A stretch of DNA of 62,969 nt, the filler included, from Octopus bimaculoides (taxonomy: Eukaryota): assembly GCF_001194135.2 (NCBI RefSeq). It is 5 parts of 5 records of this genome, joined end to end, with 100 filler letters (N's around TTAATTAATTAA, not from the genome) between each part and the next. Parts side by side here need not be neighbours in the genome. Positions count along the whole stretch, not along the records: positions 21,598 to 43,524 come from NC_068987.1; 4 more parts are not named here. One strand, written 5' to 3'. The notes beneath the pieces are model-generated. The model was not told the DNA's origin. It did not search any database and saw only the letters and a list, made by a program, of their open reading frames with translations. The position numbers were made by a program, and so were the translations under genes. The first letter of the stretch is position 1; each line of letters begins with the position of its first letter. Shown one piece after another: positions 25,882-40,094 of this stretch.

Positions 25882-27097
25882 CACTACACTAACTCCTCAC
25901 CTTCTCCACTACTCCACCACCTTCCCATCTTTCAACATCTCTTGCTGCCTCCAACCTCACCGAAATCGATGACTTGGCTGCTCCGTTGACAACAGCGCAT
26001 TCGTCTATGCAAGCAAGGTCTAACCGCTTAATGGTGTGGTCTTGTCACATGAGATTTGCCGCCTGCCAACAGAATTAATCATACGTGATAGACTAGAGGA
26101 AGCTGATATAATGCAAGCGGTGCTGAAACGGTGGCGAATGGATTTTGTGACAAGCGAGATTTTCGCTAACTGGATATTTAGTACTATTGACGCTAGAGGG
26201 CGCTCTGAGGCAGCAGGATGCTTGAAAGGACGTGTTTAGCTTTTGGCGCTGCAACTAGCTTGTGGTGGTGATGGTGGTGATGGTGGTAATGGTAACGAAA
26301 TGTAGTGATGTATAGCCGTGATATGGAGGGGAATTTTGAAGATATGATTGATATTTATTTTGGTGGTAGCGGAGCCGTGATTGTTGTTGGTGGTGATGGT
26401 TGACTGTAATGGTAGTACTCTTTGTGATAATGTTGTGTTCAGAGATGATAATGATGATAACTTTGGTATGGAGGTGCAATAGTATTAGTAATAATAATAA
26501 TAGACATGGCTTCTTCTGTAAAAGTGTTTGAAGGTCGTAATCGCTGTTTTTCAATGCTGGTCATCTATGACGAAATAGACCTACTATCAAAGGCGTTCCA
26601 TTCATGACCATCCAATATATTTCCTTGGCTGGTATATCTGGAAGTATAATCTGCAGTTTCTCGAAAAGTATAGTGTAAATTGGCTGCCATTTCTAGCTGG
26701 TTGAGTGAAAAGGAGACGCTCTCTAAGTTGACTTGTTGGTAAGGGTGTGTAATGGCGGTGCGAGAAAATGTTGTTGCTGTTGTTCTTGTCGTCGGTGGTA
26801 GTATTGGTGGTAGTATTGGTGGTGGTAATGGTGGTGGTGGTATTGATTCTGGTGTTGGAAGTGATAGTACTTCTGGTGCTGCTGATGGTAGGGTCTTAGC
26901 AATGATAGCACTACTGGTAATATGAATAGCATTGTTGTTGTTGTTGTTGCTGTTGCTGTTGTTGTTGTTGTTGTTGGTAGTGGTGGTGGTGTTAGTAGAG
27001 ATGGGATTGGCAGCGGTGTTACAGTTTGGAAGCGATAGTAACAGTGGTGGTGGCGGTGGTAGTAGTGGAGGTCTGCTGTGATGTTAATGCAACTTTC
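25200..27097. repeat. Degenerate low-complexity CAC/CAT/GGT/GTT tracts flanking two higher-complexity islands
   Basis: Direct reading. Confidence 0.75.
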
Positions 27098-27421
27098 NNN
27101 NNNNNNNNNNNNNNNNNNNNNNNNNNNNNNNNNNNNNNNNNNNNNNNNNNNNNNNNNNNNNNNNNNNNNNNNNNNNNNNNNNNNNNNNNNNNNNNNNNNN
27201 NNNNNNNNNNNNNNNNNNNNNNNNNNNNNNNNNNNNNNNNNNNNNNNNNNNNNNNNNNNNNNNNNNNNNNNNNNNNNNNNNNNNNNNNNNNNNNNNNNNN
27301 NNNNNNNNNNNNNNNNNNNNNNNNNNNNNNNNNNNNNNNNNNNNNNNNNNNNNNNNNNNNNNNNGACATATATACATCTATATCCATTACCTTTCTGCTC
27401 ATATATACATATATATATATG

Positions 27422-27453
<32 letters not shown>

Positions 27454-28281
27454 TATATAGCTGTTACTGTATTGCACTGTCCGTCTATCACGTTCTTTCA
27501 TTCTCTCGTATAGTCACCCTTTCTCCCTCTCTCTCTCTCTCTAATACTTTCCCCTTTTCACTCATATTTGCTTGGTTTGTTCATCCTTTATGTCATTTAA
27601 AACCCCACCTTCTTGTTCCTGTTTGTTATTTTTAAGCTTTTCTCGCTATTGTTGCTTGTAACCTTTTCACACCAACCTATTCCCGAAGCAAATATAAATC
27701 AACACTACTCTCCCTACAACCACCACCACCACTAATGCCATCACAGTCACCATTCCAATCACAACCACTACCACCATCATCATCGCCATGGTCGTCGTCG
27801 TCATCATCATCATCATCATCATCATCGAAATCACCATCATCATAGCATCAACAAACATCTCTATGAATAGCATGTGGCCGTGTTAAGCACTTACTCTATA
27901 ACTTATCATACTCAACAAAAATCAAAGGTCTCTCACTTCTAATACGATCATTGCCAGAATCACCGAATACAAGAATAACAAAGAAAGACTCTTTACTGTT
28001 CTCAAAATGTCTGCTACACTAGAGCACAAAGCTCCTGTAAGCTACACTGTTTCTAAAATCAAACTAAGGATAGCCATTATTGGAACGCTTTAAACAGAAG
28101 CCTGGTAAACCAACGTTGACTCTGGGCTAAACAATAACAGTAGCCGTAATGATAATATCAATAAAAGAATGACACTACCTACCTACTTATCTATCTATCT
28201 ATCTAGCTATATATCGATCGGTCTGTTTTCTCTGTTTGTCTTCCTATCCCTCTCTCTCTCTCTTTCTCTCTCTTCCTCGCA

Positions 28282-28331
<50 letters not shown>

Positions 28332-28334
28332 TAC

Positions 28335-28469
28335 TCTTTTACTCTTTTACTTGTTTCAGTCTTTTGACTGCGGCCATGCTGGAGCACCGCCTTTAGTCGA
28401 GCAAATCGACCCCAGGACTTAGTCTTTAGAAGCCTAGTACTTATTCTATCGGTCACTTTTGCCGAACCG
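28335..28469 (-). mobile_element. SINE family B, 3' end (cut by gap)
   Basis: TTACTCTTTTACTCTTTTACTTGTTTCAGTC...TGCGGCCATGCTGGAGCACCGCCTTTAGTCGAGCAAATCGACCCCAGGAC is the reverse complement of the family B tail. Confidence 0.88.
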
Positions 28470-29544
28470 NNNNNNNNNNNNNNNNNNNNNNNNNNNNNNN
28501 NNNNNNNNNNNNNNNNNNNNNNNNNNNNNNNNNNNNNNNNNNNNNNNNNNNNNNNNNNNNNNNNNNNNNNNNNNNNNNNNNNNNNNNNNNNNNNNNNNNN
28601 NNNNNNNNNNNNNNNNNNNNNNNNNNNNNNNNNNNNNNNNNNNNNNNNNNNNNNNNNNNNNNNNNNNNNNNNNNNNNNNNNNNNNNNNNNNNNNNNNNNN
28701 NNNNNNNNNNNNNNNNNNNNNNNNNNNNNNNNNNNNNNNNNNNNNNNNNNNNNNNNNNNNNNNNNNNNNNNNNNNNNNNNNNNNNNNNNNNNNNNNNNNN
28801 NNNNNNNNNNNNNNNNNNNNNNNNNNNNNNNNNNNNNNNNNNNNNNNNNNNNNNNNNNNNNNNNNNNNNNNNNNNNNNNNNNNNNNNNNNNNNNNNNNNN
28901 NNNNNNNNNNNNNNNNNNNNNNNNNNNNNNNNNNNNNNNNNNNNNNNNNNNNNNNNNNNNNNNNNNNNNNNNNNNNNNNNNNNNNNNNNNNNNNNNNNNN
29001 NNNNNNNNNNNNNNNNNNNNNNNNNNNNNNNNNNNNNNNNNNNNNNNNNNNNNNNNNNNNNNNNNNTATATCAACACACTCGACCCAATGACAAAATTCA
29101 ATAGTGACCCTCTACGTAGTCATTTGGCCTGCTAAGAGTAATCATCAAATCCCCCTCAATCTTAAAAAAAATGAGCAAGATGGTTTGTGCAGCTGTTTCT
29201 TAGATACAGCATTTCTGAGTTCAAGCCGCAGTGGTCACGAGCGTAATGTTTTTATATCATTAGTTAGCTAGATATGAGATAAACTTCAACAATGCAAAAG
29301 CAGCAACAGCATTAACAACATGAACAGAGGCAACAAAACTCCTCAAGACTCCTCGCAATCTAATGATAACAGACTTAACGTTATTAGAACCCAACAGATC
29401 GTGACATTCTGAAATAATGCTAGAAATAGCTACCAAAGTCTGCTGCAATTAACATAATTATTTCTGTCATCCGTATTGATATATCGGGTATTTCTGTCTT
29501 AAATACACTAGTAGTGTATCTACGCTTAAGAGTTTAAAATCAAG

Positions 29545-29990
29545 AAAAGACTTGTTGATTGGTTATTGACGATTGCCCCCGTCAACTGCTGCTTAACTAA
29601 TTCACTAATCCGGTCCGTGTAGTCTTCTTTGCTAGCCAGAAAGGACGCGTTTAACTTCCAGTAACCAGATCCCAGTATATGAGTCCTATCTAACTCGAAT
29701 ATGCAGATCTCAAACTTGTGGTCTGTGTAGCCGACGAATTTAGATTGTGGACAACCTACACTATCCCTATCTTCTGACCTAACAAATACTCTATCTAGAT
29801 ACGATCTGAATGACGCAGTGTGGTTGCTACATGCCCTTACTGGTACATCAGGGAAATCCAGTAGATAGCTATCAGACAATTTGGAAGTCTCTGAGTAGGT
29901 TTTCGATGTTTTTGCATCCCCTTCTTCAGTGTACTAGTTCATAGAGTCCATCCACGCGTCCAAAATCCCATTCCAGTCCCCTACTAATAC
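29545..29990 (-). pseudogene. Tx1/L1-clade ORF2 AP-endonuclease, C-terminal half
   Basis: LVGDWNGILDA (GDFN motif), then SYLDRVFV...YTDH...GSGYWKLNASFL (LDR/SDH motifs and the GxGYWKLN linker typical of L1/Tx1). Confidence 0.85.
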
Positions 29991-32900
29991 AGATCTGCTC
30001 GATAATAATTGAGCTGGCATTAAAAGAGAAAAAATAGGAAAAACATACAAAGGGCTCGACTTATATGAAGTCGTTCACATGCTAACATTTGAAAATTGCC
30101 TCATATATATCAATGTATAAAGTGATAAAGAGATTTCTGCTTGTCATCGGTACACTGATCGCTAGCGCATTGAATTCCGAGAATGCCGGTATTGTCGTAT
30201 TGTCTCCGCAATCTGCTCATTTGTAAAGGAATAAAACAATTTATTTTTATAGTTCCTTCTCCACAAAACTCTTTTTTCATTTCAGAAAGTTGTGAAACTT
30301 CGTTGAAGGCCGAAATAAATGTTCTTGCTTTTCTTTTTATGTTTAGTAGCTATAAGTGTTAGTTTATCGTTATCCATAGTATATTTCTTTTTAATCCTAA
30401 AGTGGATTATCATATAGTTTTATAGTCGCTATTTTAATGGTAAAAATAATTTACTATGCCAGATTTCGAGTGTTGTATTGTAAATTTTGTCATTATTGTT
30501 CTTTTTATTTTGTCTATCTCGTGTTGCTATTTATCATTTATAATCTTTTATTCAGACAGCTAATAATACTAGAGTAATAATACTACATACATTTAGCTGG
30601 GGGGGGGGGGTTAATACAAAGCGTCTATTTTATCCGTTTCTAACCTTTCCTTTAATTTACGTATGCTGTACTCTGTATAATTCAACTATTCCACAGTATT
30701 TTTACGCCTGGGTTTACATCGCAGTTCCCTTATGTACTCCAATATTAAATTTCTTAATTTTGTTCTCTTCCTTTAATTCTTTTTTTTTTTAATCCGACAG
30801 ATTTCCTTATCGATTCCTGTATTCCTGTAAGTCCCTGTATTGTCCGCAGCAGATTCCTGTAAATTTTAATTGTTTCGCAGCGTAAGACTTCTGGTGATCC
30901 GTATGCAAAAGATGGTCGATTGCCTTCGAGCAAATTTGTCTATGTTCAGTCTAACTGAATATGTTGCTTTAATTTGCTATTGTCCGACAGAAAAAGGTAT
31001 AAAGAAGAATACATCTAAGAATATTCTCCTCTTCTCAATATTGGGTTAGTTTATATAATTAAAAACTCTACTCATGTTGAGTTTAATATACCGATTCATT
31101 CAGGCAAGGAGGTATGTACTGTCAGTAAAAGATCGTACCGTTGATAGGATTCTTATCAAAACTTTTTCAAGTCTAGTGGTCACCTATTGTTTCCTACCTG
31201 GTGTCCAGCTCTCACGGATCTACGCACTGTCTGTATGTGATTGAACGCTATTGCCTGTATTGGTATGCCACTTAATCTGGTTTGACTGTAGCTCACAAGT
31301 TTTAAACTCTGAGTGAAACTCTTTGAAATACTCAGGTTGTTAGCAAATGACCAGAAATAGTGATGCAATACATTCGCCTAATGTCCAGAACACACTTCTT
31401 AAATATTTGGTGGAATGCTTGAAAACGACACGTATATTTCGACATCTAAACATTGTTACATTTTTGCATTTCGGTGTTTTTAAACTTTTCATTGTCGAAA
31501 ATTATATTTCACCCGAATATTACGTAGAAAGCGTTTTCTTTTAGTTCTGTTGAGGTACATTTCTGAACCTTATATCCAGAAACTAACCTACGTTCTTTAT
31601 AAATTGTTAGCAAAATCCACTTATTTTTATATCAGAAAATTCCTCTATCCATGAAAAGTTGGTTTTTAGTAACTCGATTTTTTATTATTATTATTATTTT
31701 GATATTGGGAAGTAATTATGTACTCTTCCTTCAGGCAATGTTAAATGATCAAAGATTAAAGGCCTAGTATCACATTTTAAATTGCATCCATCGATTGTGG
31801 AAAATATTTAAACGTTTTTCTTTCGGTTTTCTTTATCCAGGTAACTATTTTGTCTCACATTGCACAAGTTTTATCGAGCACTGTTTAGATAGTATCTCAC
31901 ATCTCTTGCGTTTTTGTGTTTATTTTATTTTAATGTTCATATATATATCAGAAAGATAGGCCAATTTTGTTCATATATTTCCATTCTGCTTACTGATTCG
32001 CTTGAAAATATTTAAACACCATTTCTTTCAGTTCATATACAGAACAAAGAACTCGATTTGAGGGTCGGCGATTTGAAACTTCTAATCTTTTTACAAATGT
32101 AAGAAAATAATCTTGATTTATGAAGTCTTCCTTTATTATAATTTATCCATATCCACAATGCCTTCCCTAAGTAATTTTCATTCATATGAAAATATTTGGT
32201 GCTTGATATTCAAGTTGATAGTGCTTCGCGAGGTAAAACTTAACGAGTGTTTTAAATATATTGACTTTTTTTTTTACCAGAGCTCTAAAATGCTTTGATA
32301 AACTAGAACATAACCTTTCTGCAATAGTCCGTCGCAATTCATCCATCTGAAAACGTTTCCATTTAGAAATTTATCTAAAATCTCTATGTTTTTATGGGAA
32401 CATTATGGAAGCGCAAGAGTATCTCTCTCTGTTACACTAAGTGAAACTTATAAAACCCAATTGTACTGCTGTATTTATTAATGTCTAGTTTTAGAAGGTT
32501 CGGTGGAACGTATTGACTCATGCATTTTCTATATAAACATTTGTTACCGTTTCCAAAATGTATCTTTCATTTCCGATTTACAATCACCAAACATACGTTG
32601 AAGATGACTTTTGGTTTTTTTTTTTTCCTACTGTAAGGTTTGCTTCGCTTTGGACTCAAATTTAGACAAAAGCAATTTTCGACAATAAAGTTCTTTAATA
32701 TTCACGTGGTTATTTAACTGGAAACTGCTGCTGCCGTTACTTATAGTTGCTTATGGAGTAAGAGAGAACGAGTGAGTAAGAGAGGAAAAGAGAGAGAGAG
32801 AGAGAGAGAGAGATTAATACGAGATGTGAGAATGCATAAATGTTTTTAATCGGAGAGAAACGCTTCTAGGCTCATACGTCTTTTTCTTTATGTTAGATTT

Positions 32901-33230
32901 TTTTTTTCAAGTGGAAATNNNNNNNNNNGCGGAGAAAAGAAAGAGAGAAACTAAGATAAAGATAGGAAGAGGGAAAATCTCACACACAAGCCCCTTAGTG
33001 TTCTTCCTGTGTGTGAATGGTATATTTCTCGTCGTATTTCCTTCTTTGTTATTTCATCGAGATGACTTAAGATCGGTATCCTTCTTATTTCATCCCACCA
33101 TGGTATCCTGTTATCACTTTTTTTTTTCCTGTTTACCATTTGAAATTTGGTCAGAGTCTCACATATATATGGTTATTATGTGCAAATTGCTGCAGCTGCT
33201 TACAGTTGTTTATGGAGTAAGAGAGAGAGG

Positions 33231-33291
<61 letters not shown>

Positions 33292-33497
33292 GGAGAGATA
33301 AAGAGAGAAAGAGAGTGATTATTATGAAATGAATAAGGGGGAGGATTTTCTTAAGGGGACAAAACCGCTTCAGAGATTTTTTCTATGAGCAAAATGTATC
33401 ATTGTAATTTTATGTTGCTGCAGATCTGGTTATTATCTTGGTAACCCAGTAACTTTCCCCATGTACATTATCAGATATTATCATTTCTTTCTCATAG

Positions 33498-34100
33498 CCC
33501 TTTCTAATATAGGCACAAGGACTGAAATTTTGTGGGAAGAGTGATAACCAATTACATCAACCCGAGTATTTGACTGGTACATGTTTCATCGATGAAACAC
33601 ATAGTCGACTTAGGTAGAATTTGAACTTAAAACGTGAAGACGGACGATATGCCGTCAAGTATCTGTCCGGCACAAGGCCCAATATTTGTATGGGAGGAGG
33701 ATAGTCGATTACAATGACTCCAGTACTTGACTGGTACTTATTTTATCGACCCGAAAGAATGAAAGCAAGATTTCCCTGGTGGACATCACCCTCGGAACGC
33801 GAAGACGGATGAAGTGCCGGCAAGCATTTTGTCCCATGTGCTAACGATTCTGTTAGCTCGCTGCCTTATTTCTTACTAAACAATTCTTCCTAATTATGAC
33901 ATAAGGCCAGCAACTTTGAGGAGAGGGAGTTGATCGGAGAAATTGACCTCACTACTTGGCTGGTAGTTATTTTATCGACCCCAAATTGATGAAGGGCAAA
34001 TTCAATCTCGGCCTAACTTGGAATCAGAACACAAAGGCGTAAAAAAATGCCGCTAAGCAAATTGCCTGGCATGCTAACGATTCTGCGAGTGCGCTCCCTT
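33498..34100 (-). mobile_element. Three degenerate SINE family A copies head-to-tail
   Basis: Copies at ~33498-33668, 33668-33867 and 33895-34100, each with GGCACAAGG/GACATAAGG tail, TTTATCGACCC core and GCTAACGATTCTG head segments (partly deleted). Confidence 0.8.
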
Positions 34101-34402
34101 ATTTCTTTTTAAAGATTGAAAATTGTTTTTCAAAGGATTTTTTTTAAAAGATACTGTGGAGTGATACAACAGCTTTCCGACAAATGATTATATTTGGGAA
34201 CAAAGAGAGCAGTTCTGTTTATTTGGCGACATACATTTGCAAGTACATCTTTACGAAGTAAATACAGAGCTGAAGAATTTCTTTCGTCAAAAAAAAAAAA
34301 AAAATGATGTTCCTATTTTTCTTTGAAAAAATACTGATTAGAAATATTACGTGTTCATATCTTATCTGTAAAAGCTAAATCTTCAATATCAACTAAAACT
34401 CG

Positions 34403-34801
34403 TTGAAAACCATGAAAGACGTAAGAAGCTACATTGTTAAAATACTTTCAAGTGAACTCATGCATAACACCCAAGTTGAACAGCATGATGGAAGTGCAGC
34501 GACTGTAGGTGCAAAGAAAGTTAAATCAATATCAAAGCAAAATGCGTTTGAACCATTGGCTGATAACTGGAAACAAAAACCTCTGCATGGCAAATATGTG
34601 GCCCGTAGCAAATAAGCTGATGTAGGCCAGAAGCATACCCATCAGTGGCTACGGAGCTCAGGGCTAAAGGAAGAGAGTGAAGGCTTTATCTTGGCTTCCC
34701 AAGATTAGAGCTTATTGACCCGGAACTATCAAACCAATGTGATGAAAAATCGTGTAGACCCAAAGTGCCAATACTGCAACGAGTGGATAGAAACAACGGT
34801 C
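34403..34801 (+). pseudogene. R4/Dong-clade RLE retrotransposon fragment (post-RT region to zinc knuckle)
   Basis: WKQKPLHGKY...QWLRSSGLKEESEGFILASQD*SLLTRNYQTNVMKNRVDPKCQYCNEWIETTVH matches W..K.LHG...WL..G.LK.ETEG.I.AAQDQ.L.TRNY...CxxC..ET..H. It has two in-frame stops (TAA, TAG). Confidence 0.85.
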
Positions 34802-35250
34802 CATCCGTGCGTCCAAAATCCCATTCCAGCCCCCTACTAATCTAAACTGCGAGACGTTCTCAGGTAAGTTTCTAGACACTTGAAGAATTCTGGCCTTCCA
34901 GCTCCTGCCGGGGCATAGACAACCACCAGTCTACGGGCGCCATCTTCACTGCCATTCACATCTAGGACCACCAACCAGTCGCCCGAGGCCAAGAAGATTG
35001 CTTTTACTTCGCGATCTAAGGATTTTCGGAATAGCGCTGCTATCCCACCGCCCGCTCCCGACAGACCACAAGATGAGAATATCTCATAATCATCGAAAGT
35101 GGGTGCTAAGTTTTGCGCATTAGAAATCCTTGTTTTGCTAATTGCAGCTACATCTAAATCGAGTGACCTGAGGTCGTTTAGCAAGTGACCTAGCTTCCAA
35201 GCTGACTTCAGGCCACGAACATTCACACACCCTACTCTGAAAACGACCAT
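34799..35250 (-). pseudogene. Tx1/L1-clade ORF2 AP-endonuclease, N-terminal half
   Basis: MVVFRVGCVNVRGL...DVAAISKTR...GGGIAALFRK...LVVVYAP..., then a frameshift to LVGGWNGILDARMD (NVRG, ET, YAP and GDFN motifs). Confidence 0.88.
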
Positions 35251-35866
35251 GTTTATCGGAGAACATAAAATGGAAGAAAGTCACTGACCTAGGATTTTGA
35301 GAGGGTTGGCTGATTCAGCTGCCTCGTCTGACGCATTATCATTAATGGAGGGCCTTCCTAAAGTCCTCTTAAAAGACTCAATGTCTGTGGGGTATTTTTT
35401 TAAAGTTCTAGGTAAGTGTTTATGTCTGTTGTTATCAGCTGTCTCTCATAGGAAGTTTTCGACAGAAATTCGTCGAACCCTATTCCTTTTGTGTCAATGT
35501 TTGTTTTTTCCCTTACTTTCTGCATCAGCTCGCTGTTGCTCTTGTGAACGACTGTGAAGTCGATGAGGCGCACGGGTTCTGTAGTCAGTTTTTTGGGTTG
35601 TTCTTGTGATTTTTGTTTCTCTTGGTGCTTTGTTTTTGTTCACTCAGGTAGGTATGCATGCTTTCTTTCCAGGGAGATTTGCTCCCGCAATTTTGTTAAT
35701 CCTGGAAAGGAGTTATTTTTATCGTTACTGTTATTGTTGGTGTTGATTATATCGTTTTTGCTGCTGGTGTTGTTCCTGTTGTTCTTGGTGTTAGTCAGAG
35801 TCAAAGCGATGCTATTGATTGTGGTGATGTTCATATCGTTAACCGAAGTAGTCAAGCCACTTGCTA
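35251..35866 (-). mobile_element. Possible Tx1 ORF1 C-terminal remnant
   Basis: Mostly open N/K/T-rich reading immediately upstream of the ORF2 start; no diagnostic motif seen. Confidence 0.3.
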
Positions 35867-36604
35867 NNNNNNNNNNNNNNNNNNNNNNNNNNNNNNNNNN
35901 NNNNNNNNNNNNNNNNNNNNNNNNNNNNNNNNNNNNNNNNNNNNNNNNNNNNNNNNNNNNNNNNNNNNNNNNNNNNNNNNNNNNNNNNNNNNNNNNNNNN
36001 NNNNNNNNNNNNNNNNNNNNNNNNNNNNNNNNNNNNNNNNNNNNNNNNNNNNNNNNNNNNNNNNNNNNNNNNNNNNNNNNNNNNNNNNNNNNNNNNNNNN
36101 NNNNNNNNNNNNNNNNNNNNNNNNNNNNNNNNNNNNNNNNNNNNNNNNNNNNNNNNNNNNNNNNNNNNNNNNNNNNNNNNNNNNNNNNNNNNNNNNNNNN
36201 NNNNNNNNNNNNNNNNNNNNNNNNNNNNNNNNNNNNNNNNNNNNNNNNNNNNNNNNNNNNNNNNNNNNNNNNNNNNNNNNNNNNNNNNNNNNNNNNNNNN
36301 NNNNNNNNNNNNNNNNNNNNNNNNNNNNNNNNNNNNNNNNNNNNNNNNNNNNNNNNNNNNNNNNNNNNNNNNNNNNNNNNNNNNNNNNNNNNNNNNNNNN
36401 NNNNNNNNNNNNNNNNNNNNNNNNNNNNNNNNNNNNNNNNNNNNNNNNNNNNNNNNNNNNNNNNNNNNNNNNNNNNNNNNNNNNNNNNNNNNNNNNNNNN
36501 NNNNNNNNNNNNNNNNNNNNNNNNNNNNNNNNNNNNNNNNNNNNNNNNNNNNNNNNNNNNNNNNNNNNNNNNNNNNNNNNNNNNNNNNNNNNNNNNNNNN
36601 NNNN

Positions 36605-36719
<115 letters not shown>

Positions 36720-36949
36720 CACCACCACCACCACCACCACTACTACTACTGTCGCCGTCGCCGCCACTACCACTACTACCACCATTACTCCGTGTTCCTT
36801 CGCCTATTGGGGTCTACCTCTAAAGACGTTTCAATGTCAATGAAATTGCAATATAGTATAATTTAATTTGGGGTTAGAAACCCTGTGACTTTCTTTAATA
36901 GTCATAATATGAATAACAATACCTTTTCCTATAAAATGCGACGAAATTA

Positions 36950-37756
<807 letters not shown>

Positions 37757-38124
37757 AGATGATACATGTTGATTTTATTAGGTATTAGGTATATTAGGTA
37801 TTTATTAGGTTTATTTACAAGCCTACCTTGAAACTAGTTATTTCTGTTTATTTACAAACCTACAACGCACAGGTCAGACGCTACATTTCACAGGGTACAA
37901 CCTTAAAGTTGACACCGAATGAAAATTTGGGGAGAGTGTGTTCACTTAGAGCAATCGCTGTAATTGGCTTGTAGTTTATTTTTATTGACCTCAGAAGAAC
38001 AAAAAGCAAATTTAACTCCGATGGGCTAACGTTGCTTTTAGAACGTAAAGCGCCGGATTAATGACCCCAAAGTATTTTATCGACACTTTTGTGGATCTGT
38101 CAATCCACTGCTCTTTCATAATAA

Positions 38125-38312
38125 TATTTCTAGTATGGGAACAAGGCCATAAGTTTAGGAGGAAGGCTTTAGTCATTTAAATAAGTACCGTATTAGATTG
38201 GTCATTTATTTTATCGATTCCAGAGCCATAAAAATCTAAGTGAACATCGGTGGAATTTGAACCCAGAACATGGAGAAGTAGATCAAATACCGCAAAGCAT
38301 TTTGTCCGAAGC
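38125..38312 (-). mobile_element. Degenerate SINE family A copy
   Basis: ACAAGGCC...TTTTATCGATTC...GGAATTTGAACCCAGAAC...ACCGCAAAGCATTTTGTCCG. Confidence 0.75.
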
Positions 38313-40094
38313 TCTGTTAATAATAAAGATGATAAGGAAGCAGAGTATATTGGTGATATAAATGATGATGGTGATGATGATGGTGATGACAGAGGGAATG
38401 ATAATTATGATGATTATGATTATAACGTTTTCTTCATTCGCCACAACATATGTGGAGCAAAGAAAAAGTAGAAGAACAAGAAAAGGGAGTAGGAAGAAGA
38501 AGAAGAAGAAGAAGAAGAAGAAGAAGAAGAAGAAGAAGAAGAAGAAGAAGAAGAAGAAGAAGAAGAAGAAGAAGAAGAAGAAGAGAGGAATGGAGTTGAG
38601 AAGGAGGGAGAGAAAACAATGAAGAAGAAGAACAGAAGGAAGAAGATAAAAAAGAATAATTCAGTACAATTGTTATAGTATAGAGGAGTGGGATTGAGTT
38701 TGTGTAGCCATAGCTAGTTTATCTTCTATCTGATGATATACTGGCGGATATGAAATATATCATTATCGATAAGTAGACAGAACATCATAGCTAGACTATT
38801 CCAACCACCAGCTATCTCCAAAACTATGGTACACGGCGGGAATGAAAGCAGTTCTTTCCCCAGATCGACTAATTAGATTTAAGCTAACAATCGCTTCTAT
38901 CCGTTTTCGTATAGAAGACTCTGACACTTGCCAACAAATGCTTCTGCTTTAATGACCGTACTGATGATGGAGTGAGACGACTGGAGGTTTTCCGATAATT
39001 ACCTTCTGTATTCTGGTCGTAGCGAGGGATCTGAAATGTGTTAGTGAATTATTGGTTGAGATCGGGGTCGACATTTCTATTCTTTGTTCTTATTGTGAAT
39101 GATTTTCTTTCCCAAAAGCTGTCTAAGATAAAATCAAAGTTTGGCTTTCATACAGCCATTCTGTTGATTCAGGATAGAGCTTGGCTATGTTTGAACAGAA
39201 AATATTGGTACCCACTTTGAACAAGTAATGTTTAAAGAACACTCGCGCAACTCGTTTAAACCAGCGTAAAATGAATAGAATGTAGAATTAAAAGAAAGTG
39301 AACCGCATGGTTGCACTAAATACATTGCACATACCTAAATAAAGACAACTCAATCAATAAATTTAACACACATACATGTAACTGCATTCTACAAGTCAAA
39401 TGGAACCTTTAGTCTGGTCATTCAGCTTGTTAGAAATAGCAGCCAGATTTGCTTAAATGTATACTACAGTCTTTAAAACGCGTGGACAGTTTATAGTGTA
39501 GTTGTTGTAATGCCTTGTTGCTGATCATTGGTCTATTCAGCTACGTACTGCAATTAAGAATCAAGTAAAGGCAAATTGTAGGAATTAATCGTGAAAAATT
39601 ACACCGGCGGAAACGCAGTTACAGTGGGAGATTAAACACTTACTTATAAGCAATACATAGGAAAGAATAAGTAGAGTTTCGATTGCTTCTACATTCACAC
39701 TCTGATGTGCACAGTTAGCATGAGTACATTTTTCTGCAACATTATACAGATGATGAAATACTGATAACCTGCTCTTATTTCACTGAAAGGGCACAAATAA
39801 ACGATGACTGGGCGTAATTAGAGTTGCTCCTAACGTTATTTGGTTGTCTAGGAGAAACTATTTATCATAAAAGAACTAATTAATATAGTAAGTGCAACAC
39901 TTATGAGATGGCAATATGCATTTGAAATTATTAATTATTCAGAAAAATGAAATAGTTTCCAGATTGGCACAACTCAAAAAATATTGATATTAAATTCTAA
40001 ATTTCATGTGTTGTTTATAATTTCAGATGTCAGCCGATATGCAATATACAAGAAAAGGAACATAAAACTTTGTACTGTGTGAAAAAAAAAAAAT

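Noticed and set aside
30780-31400. Repeated TTCCTGTA motifs and LKLVSYSQTR as an hAT element
   Set aside because: No TIRs, TSD or second transposase motif found; too weak.
38722-38770. CTGATGA...GAAA-TATA-TC as a second hammerhead
   Set aside because: Stem II is only 3 A-T pairs and stem I only ~2 bp; at best a degenerate relic.
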